From: Octopus sinensis
Taxonomy: Eukaryota
Reading direction: 5' to 3'
Length of the DNA stretch: 33,000 bases
NCBI RefSeq assembly: GCF_006345805.1
Contig: NC_042999.1
Location: 50,282,001 to 50,315,000, forward strand
Position 1 is the stretch's first letter. Each line of letters opens with the position of its first letter. Positions 1 through 9,537 of the stretch are shown one piece after another. A model generated the notes under the pieces. That model was not told where the DNA came from. It saw only the letters and a program-made list of their open reading frames with translations, and did not search any database. Position numbers and translations under genes: made by a program.

Positions 1-87
1 CATTGGGCAAGTGTCTTCTACTATAGCCTCGGGCTGACCAAAGCCTTGTGAGTGGATTTGGTAGACAGAAACTGAAAGAAGCCCATC

Positions 88-88
<1 letters not shown>
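1..88 (+). mobile_element. SINE family A, 5'-half fragment cut by the window edge
   Basis: Matches the GGGCAAGTGTCTTCTACTATAGCC...GAAACTGAAAGAAGCCC block of the full copies at 16054 and 25841; followed by (TA)n. Confidence 0.9.
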
Positions 89-122
<34 letters not shown>

Positions 123-127
<5 letters not shown>

Positions 128-312
128 AGAGTTTACGAAAAAAGCAAAAGATGAAGACAGGTGGTGTACAAAACAAACAGATGTATTAGTATAATGCTCA
201 GGAATAGAAAGTCTTTTACGTTTCGAGCCTACGCTCTTCTACAGAAAGGGACACAGAAAAAACAAGGAGAGTAAAAAAAAAATGTGTGTAGTGGCTAACG
301 ATCTATCATGGC
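123..312 (-). mobile_element. Short Penelope-like/retrozyme-like repeat carrying a minimal HHR motif
   Basis: About 190-bp island between two (TA)n tracts, containing the HHR-like motif at 213-248. Family assignment is inference. Confidence 0.5.
213..248 (-). ncRNA. Minimal type-I hammerhead-like motif with variant core
   Basis: Minus strand CTTT-CTGTAGA-A-GAGC(GTAG)GCTC-GAA-ACGT-A/AAAG: 4-bp stem I, 4-bp stem II, palindromic ACGT stem III, GUA site. Deviations: A6 to U and an extra A after A9. Confidence 0.55.
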
Positions 313-356
313 ATCATATATATATATGTGTATATGTATATATATATGCATACATA

Positions 357-1214
357 CAGGGTGGGTGGAAAGTAACTAGGTATTAGAAATTGCTTATAGA
401 ATTTTTAGTATCACTGAAGTCATGACGAAAATATTTTTTAAACAGGCAACATTAATTGGGATTTTTTTATTGTCTTATTTCTTATTTTCCAGGTGGCCTG
501 TTGCTTCACTGTTCAGAAGTGAGCTAAAATAGCAGCATGCTATGAAGTGTGGAATTACATTGTTTTGATTCAGAGACGGTGACATTCATGGAAATGTAAG
601 CATGCAACACTATATCCAGAGACAATAGAAATTTGTCATGCAAAACAGATGACCACAAGCTCTGTGAGTGATGCAAGAAGTGGCCATACAACCACATCCC
701 AGTCAGTGGAAAACGTGGCAACAGTGCAGGAAATGCTTAATTGTAGCCCACAAAAATCAACACATTAAGCAGCTCATGAAAATGGACTAACAAGACACAC
801 AATGCATACAGTGTTGGAAACCCCATTATGTGAAGGAGCTAAAACCTGAATATTGTGACTGCAGAAGTCCAGAATCCAAGAAGTCCAAACCTCACACCAT
901 GTGATTTTTGCCTGTGGGGTTACACAAAAGAAGAAGTGCACAAGACAATACTTTGCACACTGGAGGACTTGGAGACACAGATTCTGGGGGTTCTCAATGA
1001 TATCCCAAACAATGTCCTTCAGAAGGTTACTCATCACGAGCCTGGCTTTTTGAGAAAACCGGTTGATGCCACTGGTGCTTACATTGAAATATAAAGATTT
1101 ACTTTCATTTTCCCATGTAATAAAGAACATGTGTCATTTGTTTCAATAAATTTGGAAAAGGAATATGGATTTTATTACCAATTTTTAATGCCTACTTACT
1201 TTTCTCTCACCCTG
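357..1214 (+). mobile_element. Internally deleted Tc1/mariner DNA transposon
   Basis: Imperfect ~36-bp TIRs (CAGGGTGGGTGGAAAGTAACTAGGTATTAGAAATTG vs reverse complement CAGGGTGAGAGAAAAGTAAGTAGGCATTAAAAATTG), TA on both sides (355-356, 1215-1216), transposase remnants inside. Confidence 0.9.
855..1094 (+). pseudogene. Tc1/mariner transposase C-terminal remnant
   Basis: PRSPNLTPCDFCLWGYTKEEV resembles the family motif P-SPDL-P-D-FLWGY-K. An N-terminal-like remnant (VENVATVQEMLNCSPQKST) lies at about 706-765; most of the catalytic core is missing. Confidence 0.85.
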
Positions 1215-1338
1215 TATACACATCTACACACATACACACACTATTACTCACACACTCATACATATCAAAAAGGATAAAAGATCCTTCCTAAGTCACAGGC
1301 TCTTAAGACCAGTTACTTGACCACAGTGAAATATATAT

Positions 1339-1518
1339 TTCCTCCTGGATGGGATGCTGGTCAATCACAGAATTACTCAGTTTGCTATCTGAGTGAACTG
1401 GAGCAATGTGAAATGGAATATCTGGCTCAAGAGTACAACACACCACCCAGTCCAGAAATCAAAACCCCAATCTTACAATCATGAATGCAACACCCTACCA
1501 ACTAATCCACATGCTTCC
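1339..1518 (-). mobile_element. tRNA-derived SINE family D, diverged copy
   Basis: Minus strand has a degenerate tRNA-like head then TTGTACTCTTGAGCCAGATATTCCATTTCACATTGCTCCAG; homologous to 25030-25210. Confidence 0.65.
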
Positions 1519-1551
1519 ATATATATATATATATATATATACGTATATTCT

Positions 1552-1790
1552 TTTATTCTTTTACTTGTTTCAGTTCAGTTATTTGACTGTGGCCATGTTG
1601 GAGCACCACCTGAAAGGGTTTAGTTGAAGAAATCGACCCAAGGACTTATTCTTTGTAAACCTAGTACTTATTCTATCAGTTCCTTTTACCAAACTGCTAA
1701 GTTAAAGGGACATAAACACACCAGCTTAAGTTGTCAAGCAATGGTGGTGAGGACAAACACAGACATACACACACACATCAATATATACAT
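1552..1790 (-). mobile_element. SINE family A, 3' half
   Basis: TTTTACTTGTTTCAG...GACTGTGGCCATGTTGGAGCACC...GACTTATTCTTTGTAAACCTAGTAC matches other family A 3' ends. Confidence 0.85.
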
Positions 1791-2083
1791 CTATGTATGT
1801 AGGTTTGTACATACATGCACACACACACACGCACACACACACACTCTCACACACACACTCACGCTGACATAATATCAAGAAGCAACTGAACCATAGAACT
1901 GGTCTTTTTTAACGGAACTGTTAAAAATGTAAAATTAGCTAACATACCTAAGTTTATATATACACACACACACACATATGAGTGTATATAAATGCATGTA
2001 TATCTAGCTATCTATTTATCTGTCTTTCTCTCTTTTTCTATATATACAGGGTTGGCCAAAAGTCAACTAACAGTAAATCAAAT

Positions 2084-2143
2084 GTAAGTTAAGATACGTA
2101 AGTTAAGATATGTAAGTTAATGAAATGTAAGTTAAGATACGTA
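2084..2143. repeat. Short minisatellite, about 4 x 14-bp GTAAGTTAAGATAC
   Basis: Directly visible tandem units; follows a CAGGGTTGGCCAAAAGT mariner-TIR-like stub at 2047. Confidence 0.7.
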
Positions 2144-2185
2144 CATTTATTTTATTATTATTTTATTTTTATTATTACTATTTTA

Positions 2186-2302
2186 GACCTGATGAGTGAC
2201 TATAATTTTAAATGAATTAATTTTAGATTGATTTAATTTTAAATCGAATTGATTTTATTATTATTATCTATTTGAAAATATAGCCATGAAATGTGCATAG
2301 TC
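2186..2302 (+). ncRNA. Type-I hammerhead-like motif with long stem-II loop, decayed
   Basis: GAC-CTGATGA(2189-2195)-GTGACTATA...TATAGCCAT-GAAA(2288-2291)-TGTGCATA/GTC. Stem II pairs at 8 of 9 positions including one G-U; stem I is 3 bp. Confidence 0.6.
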
Positions 2303-2448
2303 AATTTACTACGATTTCCTATTTATTGTTTATGTACTTTATTGATTTTTAGAATAAGGTTTTTATAGGATATTTATTTTTTCTCTATGGTGTGAATAAC
2401 ATCTTTCACTATTGAATTGCTTAATAGAGGTTTTTCTCTCAATTATAC

Positions 2449-2488
<40 letters not shown>

Positions 2489-2492
<4 letters not shown>

Positions 2493-3043
2493 ATCATAGA
2501 ACAAACATCAAATTGGAATCAATGACTTTATACATAACACCATACCTCAAACATTTCATCATATATAAATATTACCATGGTTCTTAAACATATAAAAATA
2601 TACATATACAAAAAACACAGAAGGTAAAAATATATATGTGAATAAAATAGAAATATATAGAATGGCCTATCAAAAAGGTAAATACAACCGACAAAAGTTC
2701 CTAAAAATTCTAAAGTGTGTCATACTACTAAAAAACTAAATAAACTAAGATAAAATAAAATGTCAATCTCTTTTACTCTTTTATTTGTTTCAGTCATTTG
2801 ACTGTGGCCATGCTGGAGCACCACATTTAGTCAAGCAAATCGACCTCAAGACTCATTCTTTGTAAGCCTAGTACTTATTCTATTGGTTTCTTTTGGCGAA
2901 CCGCTAAGTTACGGGGATGTAAACACACCAATATCGGTTGTCAAGTGATGTTGGGGAGACAAACACAGACACACAAACATACATTTACACACACACGCAC
3001 ACACACACACACACGCACACACACACACACACGCACACACACG

Positions 3044-3078
<35 letters not shown>

Positions 3079-3732
3079 GACAGTCTTTTTTCAGTTTCCG
3101 TCTATCAAATCCACTCAAAAGGCTTTGGTCAGCCCAAGGCTATAGTAGAAGACACTTGCCCAAGGTGCCACGCAGTGGGACTGAACCTGGAACCATGTGG
3201 TTGGTAAGCAAGCTACTTACCAAACAGCCACTCCTGTGCCTACGACTAAAAAAATTTTTTTTAAGTTTATTTTATTCTCCTCACACAAGAGTATGTCGAA
3301 AAAGTTTAATTCTTAAAACCATGATAGGTCAGAGTCCAGGAGCAAAAAGACTTCCACAAAATCTAACATACCACGGTTTTAAGAAGAGAACTTTTTGGAC
3401 GTACTCTTGTGCGAGGGGAGTAAAAAAACTGTTTCAAATAATTTCTTTTAGTCGATTGACATTTTATTTTATCTTAGTTTATTTAGTTTTTTAGTAGCAT
3501 GACACACTTTAGAATTTTTAGGAATTTTTAGTCACTTGTATTTACCTTTTTGATAGGCCATTCTATATATTTGTATTTTATTCACATATATATTTTTACC
3601 TACTGTGTTTTTTGTATATGTATATTTTTATATGTTTAAGAACCATGGTAATATTTATATATGATCAAATGTTTGAGGTATGGTGTTATATATAGTCGTT
3701 GACTCGAATCTGATGTTTGTTCTATGACCAAT
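2489..3732. mobile_element. Foldback/MITE-like element with long inverted arms, interrupted by a SINE
   Basis: 2489-2768 plus 3242-3333 form the reverse complement of 3362-3732; spacer about 28 bp; a family A SINE sits in the left arm. Confidence 0.85.
2769..3241 (-). mobile_element. SINE family A, full length
   Basis: tRNA-like head with A/B-box-like motifs, internal (CA)n/(TA)n, and (AGTAAA)-type 3' tail. Confidence 0.9.
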
Positions 3733-3825
3733 GTTTATTTATCTCTGTCTCAATTACATTTGAGCACTTCCTTCTTGCAGTCTTTAAAACCCTTTCAATT
3801 CCATAAAGAGACAAAGATTATTTTG

Positions 3826-3857
<32 letters not shown>

Positions 3858-3860
<3 letters not shown>

Positions 3861-3975
3861 CTGCTTGATTAGCCAGCGGGGTGGCATCATTCGAAGGCTA
3901 AAACAATGTGAACGCATTGTGACCAGCGATGTGTAACAACATCTGATGGTCTGGTCGGTCACGTGATCACGTGAT
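3858..3975 (+). mobile_element. SINE family E, 3' end
   Basis: Homologous to the reverse complement of 30711-30830 (GGTGGCATCATT...GACCAGCGATGTGTA.CAACATCTGAT). Confidence 0.8.
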
Positions 3976-4518
3976 ATATATATATAGAGAGAGAGAGAGC
4001 TGGAGATTCAGTATACACCATGGGGAAAATTTATGAGTTAAAAATACCTGGAAAACATATAAAAAGTGGAAGAGAAATGCCTTCATTTCATATAGTTAGT
4101 ATCTTTTTATAAAAAAATTTTTTTAAATATATACATATTTTACGGATGTCATGATATTGAACCGATTTTTGCTATTTAAATTAACCTTCCAAGGAACATT
4201 GTGAAGTAATCAATTCTTGTGATAAAGGGGTCTCACCATTTTGGATGCTGGAAAAATAAGAATGAGTCTAGAGAGTGGACCAAGGGAGACAACAGGTGGC
4301 AAGGAGGACAACTAACTCCTCAGTATAATTTTTGAAGTAGTCAAGTTTGTATATTAAGGTGTGGTCTGTACTTTTGTATGAATAAGTTTCCTTTGTTTAG
4401 GCATTCTTGTAAAGAGATTGAATCTTTGCATTGGTATAATGGAAAGATATGGAAATTCAGAGTTTTCTTTCTTGTGCATCTGTCGATACTCACATACACA
4501 CACACACGCACACACAGA

Positions 4519-4526
4519 TATATATA

Positions 4527-4585
<59 letters not shown>

Positions 4586-4621
4586 TATATATATGTTTAT
4601 ATATATATATATATATATATA
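4519..4621. repeat. (TA)n microsatellite, interrupted
   Basis: Direct read. Confidence 0.95.
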
Positions 4622-4905
4622 TCATCATCATCATCATCATTTATCATTTAACGTCCGATTTCCATGCTAGCATGGGTTCGACAGGGGTTTGGTAAGCCAT
4701 GGAGGCTGCACCAGGCTCCAGTCTGATTTGGCAGTGTTTCTACAGTTTGATGCCCTTCCTAATGCCAACCACTCCGTGAGTGCAGTGGGTGATTTTTACG
4801 GGGCCAGAGCAGGCTGACAAACAGCCACGATCGGTTGGTGCTTTACATGTCACCGACACGGACGCCAGTTAAGCGACGCTGGCATCTACCACGTTTGGAC
4901 GGTAA
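4622..4905 (-). mobile_element. Family C retroposon with (GAT)n tail
   Basis: (CAT)n-TTTAACGTCCGATTTCCATGCTAGCATGGG...GATGCCCTTCCTAATGCCAACC; homologous to copies at 16812, 19307, 22714 and 24802. Confidence 0.85.
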
Positions 4906-5347
4906 GGATAAAATTTATATAAGATTTTATCAAGAGTGTAAAAATCAGTTTAGGTAAAAAATTAATACTAAGTATATGATTTTTTAAAATTACAATATTA
5001 GTTTCCTTAAACAAGAATATTATTGACTGTGACTTCAAAGATTCAGCCAGCTAATCATCATTGAACTGTGGTGCATTGAATTAGTCTTTGGCTTTATACA
5101 GTCTCTGTTGAGTTAAAAATCTTTCTTGGGTATATGGATTTGAGTGGAGTAGTAATTAGGTTGTGGGGTGGGTTGTGACAGAGAGGCATTTTGGAGAAAT
5201 TCTTATAGAGTTAACTTGGGGTTATATTATTGTTTCGAATTTATTTGATAGCTTTGAAGTCCCTGTCAATAATATTCTTACTGAATAATGAATTTGTACT
5301 CTACAAAAGTATACAGTAACCTATCAGATTTTTTTTATTATTCTCAC

Positions 5348-5755
5348 TTTTACTCTCTCTCTTTTAGTCTTTTACTTGTTTCAGTCATTTGACTGCAGCC
5401 ATGCTGGAGCACCACGTTTAGTCAAGCAAATCAACCCCAGGGCTTATTCTTTGTAAGCCTAGTACTTATTCCATCAGGACCTTTTGCTGAAGCACTAAGT
5501 TACAGGGACGTAAACACACCAGCATTAGTTGTCAAGCAATGTTGGTGGGGACAAACATAGACACACAAACACACACATATATACATATATACAACGAGCT
5601 TCTTTCAGTTTCCATCTACCAAATCCACTCACAAGGCTTTGGTCGGCCCGAGGCTATAGTAGAAAACACTTGCCCAAGATGCCATGCAATGGGACTGTAC
5701 CCGGAACTATGTGGTTTGTAAGCAAGCTACTTACCACACAGCCACTCCTGTGCCT
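5348..5755 (-). mobile_element. SINE family A, full length
   Basis: Colinear with 2769-3241. Confidence 0.9.
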
Positions 5756-5807
5756 ATGTTTATAACTAAACATAAAAACAAATTATTATACATGCCTACA
5801 CACATAA

Positions 5808-5903
5808 GGTGGTGAACTGGCAGAATTGTTAGCACACCAGGTGAAATGTTTAGCGACATTTCATCTGTCTTCATGTTCTACATTTAAATGCTTCTAAGGT
5901 CAA
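5808..5903 (+). mobile_element. SINE family B, 5' fragment
   Basis: GGTGGTGAACTGGCAGAATTGTTAGCACACCAGGTGAAATG matches the head of 28944-29174. Confidence 0.75.
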
Positions 5904-5911
5904 TATATGTG

Positions 5912-6135
5912 TTCTATAAATATTTCATCATGTTTTTACTTATTCTGAGCCAAGAAACTCGTAAATTAAGACGTTACTTAATATTCAAAAGCCAAGAAGT
6001 TATAAAATATTCTATAAACCAAACATCCAACAATAACAAAGAAAGCAATTAAGTTATGAAGATGTAAACACACTGACACTAGTTGTTAAGTGGTGGCAAC
6101 ACACGCACACGCACACACACACACACACACACACA
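5912..6135 (+). repeat. Order-permuted local duplicate of 8269-8407 and 8002-8100
   Basis: 5912-6050 vs 8269-8407: 139 bp, 10 mismatches by my count. 6051-6100 vs 8002-8051: 3 mismatches in 50. Confidence 0.85.
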
Positions 6136-6289
6136 TTTTATCATTTTAGGGTTGATAAAATAAGTACCAGTTGAGCACTGAAGTCAAGGAAATCAACTTA
6201 TCCTTTCCCCCAAATTCCTGGTTTTATGCCAGATTTTGAACCCAAATATACCACACAAAAGCATTTATATATTCAATATGAAATCAACC

Positions 6290-6828
6290 ACAGTGCTCAT
6301 TATTTTATTGATCCTGGAAGGATGAAAGGGTAATTCAACTTTGGCAGAATTTGAACATAGATCATAAAGACAGATGAACTACTTTCTTTACTACCCACAA
6401 GGGACTATGGATTAAGTCAATTATATCGACCCCAGTGCATAATTGGTACTTATTTAATCGACCCCGAAATGATGAAAGGCAAAGCCGACCTTGGCGGAAT
6501 TTGAACTCAGAATGTAAAGACAGACAAAATACCTATTTCTTTACTGCCCACAAGGGGCTAAACACAGAGAGGACAAACAAGGACAGATAAACGGATTAAG
6601 TTGATTATATCGACCACAGTGCATAACTGGTACTTATTTAATCGACCCCGAAAGGATGAAAGGCAAAATCGACCTCGGTGGAATTTGAACTCAGAACATA
6701 GCGGCTGATGAAATATCGCTAAGCATTTCACCTGGCGTGCTAACGCTTCTGCCAGCTTGCGGCCTTGCCAGATGAAATACTGCTAAGCTTTTCACCCAGC
6801 ATGCAAACGATTCTGCTTGCTTACTTCT
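6290..6828 (-). mobile_element. Head-to-tail array of SINE family B pieces (one near-full copy plus truncated copies)
   Basis: Repeated TTAATCGACCCCGAAAGGATGAAAGGCAAA...GAATTTGAACTCAGAA blocks; near-full copy at about 6531-6764. Confidence 0.85.
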
Positions 6829-6961
6829 TCATATGTAAGTGTACATTAATGGTTGTTTTTATGTTCATTTATCATTAAATCACAGTTCTATATTTAAGAT
6901 ATGAGGAATTATATACATTATTTACATTTGACGGGTATTTGTCCTCATCTTGTTTGTTGCT

Positions 6962-7007
6962 AACACAACATTTCAGCTGATAAACCCGCCAGCCTTCATC
7001 AGGTGTC
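6962..7007 (-). ncRNA. Minimal type-I hammerhead-like motif, CpG-decayed
   Basis: GACAC-CTGATGA-A-GGCTG(GCGGGTTTAT)CAGCT-GAAA-TGT-T/GTGTT: 5-bp stem I, 5-bp stem II; ATGT is interpretable as a decayed ACGT palindrome. Confidence 0.65.
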
Positions 7008-7020
7008 TTGGGGAAATTTC

Positions 7021-7353
7021 AAATACCTTAGAAATGAGAAATTTTACTCTTTTATTTGTTTCAGTCATTTGACTGTGGCCATGCTGGAGCACCGGCTTTA
7101 GTCGAGCAAATTGGCCCCAGGACTTTTACTCTTTTACTCCCCCTCCCCCAACATCACTTGACAACCGATGCTGATGTGTTTACATCCCCGTAACTTAGCA
7201 GTTCAGCAAAAAGAGACCGATAGAATAAGTACTAGAATTACAAAGAATAAGTCCTGGGGTCGATTTGCTCGACTAAAGGCGGTGCTCCAGCATGGCCACA
7301 GTCAAATGACCGAAACAAGTAAAAGAGAAAAATTTCTCATTTCTAAAGTATTT
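7021..7353. repeat. Foldback made of a SINE A 3' half plus an inverted copy of its 3' end and flank
   Basis: 105-bp arms at 7021-7125 and 7249-7353, including about 25 bp of non-SINE host sequence. Confidence 0.85.
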
Positions 7354-7854
7354 TTCGATGTTATTATTATTATTATTATTATGATTATTATTATTATTAT
7401 TATTCAGGTGACTGCCTGGAATTGAACTGGAATCTTGGTGTTAGTAGCCTGCACTCTTAACCACTACACCGTATGCCCGTGGGCAGTTTTATATTAATCA
7501 GATAGGTTATTCTATATTTTTGTAGAGTACAATTGATTTCCCAGGAGCAAATTAACAAATACACAGGAGTTCAGAACACCATTAGAAAAACTGACTTTAA
7601 AACAATGATGATGACATACATGTATATAAGAATTTTACCACAGGTGTGATGTACTTTTTTCTCTGTTTCATACCCTACAGCAATACGTGTATTAAATATC
7701 TTTAGATTTCACACAAAGACATGAGATAAAACGGAAGATGAAACTGTTAACAAAATACAAAAGTGATCACTTTATAAGTCCTCAGGTCTAATGCTATCTG
7801 GGATAAGCAAATACCTCGAGATAAATCTCTACAAGGCCTAGAATATCTTTTATC

Positions 7855-8235
7855 TTCTATCTTTTACTTGTTTCAGTCATTGGAGAGCAGCCATGCTGGG
7901 GCAACGCCTTGAAGGGTTTTGGTCAAATGAAGCAACTCCAGTACTTTTTGTTTTGTTTTCAGCTTGTTACTTATTTTATTGGTCTCATTTGCTGAACCAC
8001 TAAGTTATGAAGATGTAAACAGACTGACACTGGCTGTTAAGTGGTGGCAACACACACACACACATAACACACACACACACCACACACACACACACACACT
8101 TATACACGATGGGCCTCTTTCAATTTCTATCTACCAAATCCACTCACAAGGCCTTGGTCAGCCCAAGGCTATAGTAGAAGACATTTGTCCAAGGTATCTT
8201 ACAGTGGGATTTAACTCGGAACTATGTGCTTGTGA
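7855..8235 (-). mobile_element. SINE family A, diverged copy
   Basis: TTTTACTTGTTTCAGTCATTGG...CTACCAAATCCACTCACAAGGCC...AGTAGAAGACA blocks. Confidence 0.8.
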
Positions 8236-8694
8236 AGAAAACATACCATACATGCATTCCTATGCATATTCTATAAATAAGCTATCATGTTTTTACTTAT
8301 TCTGAGCCAAGAAACTCATAAATTAAGACATTACTTGATATTCAGAAGCCAAGAAGTTGTAAAATATTTTATAAACCAAACATCCAACAATAACAAAGAA
8401 AGCAATTATTGTATCAGTTACTAAGACAGTGACAATGCGATGCGGTTTGTGAATGAATAAATATATCTAGTCATGGCCATATGTAATAAATCGCTTATGA
8501 TGTTATTTAACATTGAGACTTGCTCACCTTTCCTCCCCAAATTTTTGATTGAGGAGATAAACAGGTATGTGCCTAAGAACAAACTCCTTTATATAATGGT
8601 GAAGATTAATTACCAGGCAATAATTACTACAGTTCCAATGCAGTATGGGTTTGGCTGTATGTGCACATATATATATATATTCGAATGTGATTGT

Positions 8695-8986
8695 TACCAG
8701 CGTCGCCTTACTGGCACTTGTGCTGGTGGCACGTGAAAAAATATTCAAGCGAGGTCGTTGCCAGTGCCGCTGGACTGGCTCCTGTGCAGGTGGCATGTAA
8801 AAAACACCATTTGAGCATGGCCATTTCCAGCACCACCTGACTGGCCCTTGTGCCATTGGCACGTAAAAAGCACCCATTACACTCTTGGAGTGGTTGGCGT
8901 TAGGAAGGGCATCCAACTGTAGAAACTCTGCCAGATCAGATTGGAGCCTGGTGCACCCATTTGCTTTACCAGTCCTCAGTCAAATC
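8695..8986 (+). mobile_element. Family C retroposon, 3'-truncated at the hairpin element
   Basis: GTTGGCGTTAGGAAGGGCATCCAACTGTAGAAAC block; stops at CAAATC, where the normal continuation is replaced by the 8987 hairpin. Confidence 0.85.
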
Positions 8987-9261
8987 GAAGTTACTAAATT
9001 GTCAAGAAGACTCTGCCTGCCACTGATTTTTTGTCTTTATGAGGTCAGTCTTAATTTATAGACTAGTTTATCAAATCCCTTATATATCGAAGGCTGAGAG
9101 AACAGAGGGCAGTATCTGTTTCCTCTAACAGATACTGCGATCGGTTCTCTCAGACTTAGATATATAAGGGATTTGATAAACTAGTCTATAAATTAAAACT
9201 GACCTCATAAAGACAAAAGATCAGTGGCAGGCAGAGTCTTCTTGATAATTTTTGTAACTTC
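8987..9261. mobile_element. 275-bp near-perfect palindrome (MITE/foldback-like)
   Basis: Arms GAAGTTAC...GCAGTATCTGTT and AACAGATACTGC...GTAACTTC around a 6-nt loop at 9121-9126. Confidence 0.85.
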
Positions 9262-9537
9262 TATGCTGAAGTAGAGACAGCATGTTCTTTGTCTATCTCC
9301 TTTACTTCTTAGACTTGGAGATTTTACGTATAATTATACTAATGTGTCCATTTGTTCCAATTTAATTAAATTCTTTGTCTTTGTGCAGCTGAAGGTTGCT
9401 CTACATTTGAAATTGATGTAATGATTGCATAGTGCAATTAAATGGAGTTGCATGAAACGATCGTACTCATTACCTCTGGATATCCTTGTTGCTTATTTTG
9501 ATAATATATACATACATATATATATATATATATATAC

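Larger units (their letters stand above)
6893..7490 (-). mobile_element. tRNA-headed, HHR-containing SINE-like element, interrupted at 7021-7329
   Basis: Minus strand order: tRNA-like head 7478-7411 (A-box-like CGGTGTAGTGG, B-box GTTCAATTC at 7427-7419), (AAT)n, then HHR motif 7007-6962. Confidence 0.65.

Noticed and set aside
2909-4695. ORFs with poly-(YI), poly-(HT) and poly-(CV) tracts, here and throughout the track
   Set aside because: They are translations of (TA)n and (CA)n microsatellites and SINE bodies, not genes.
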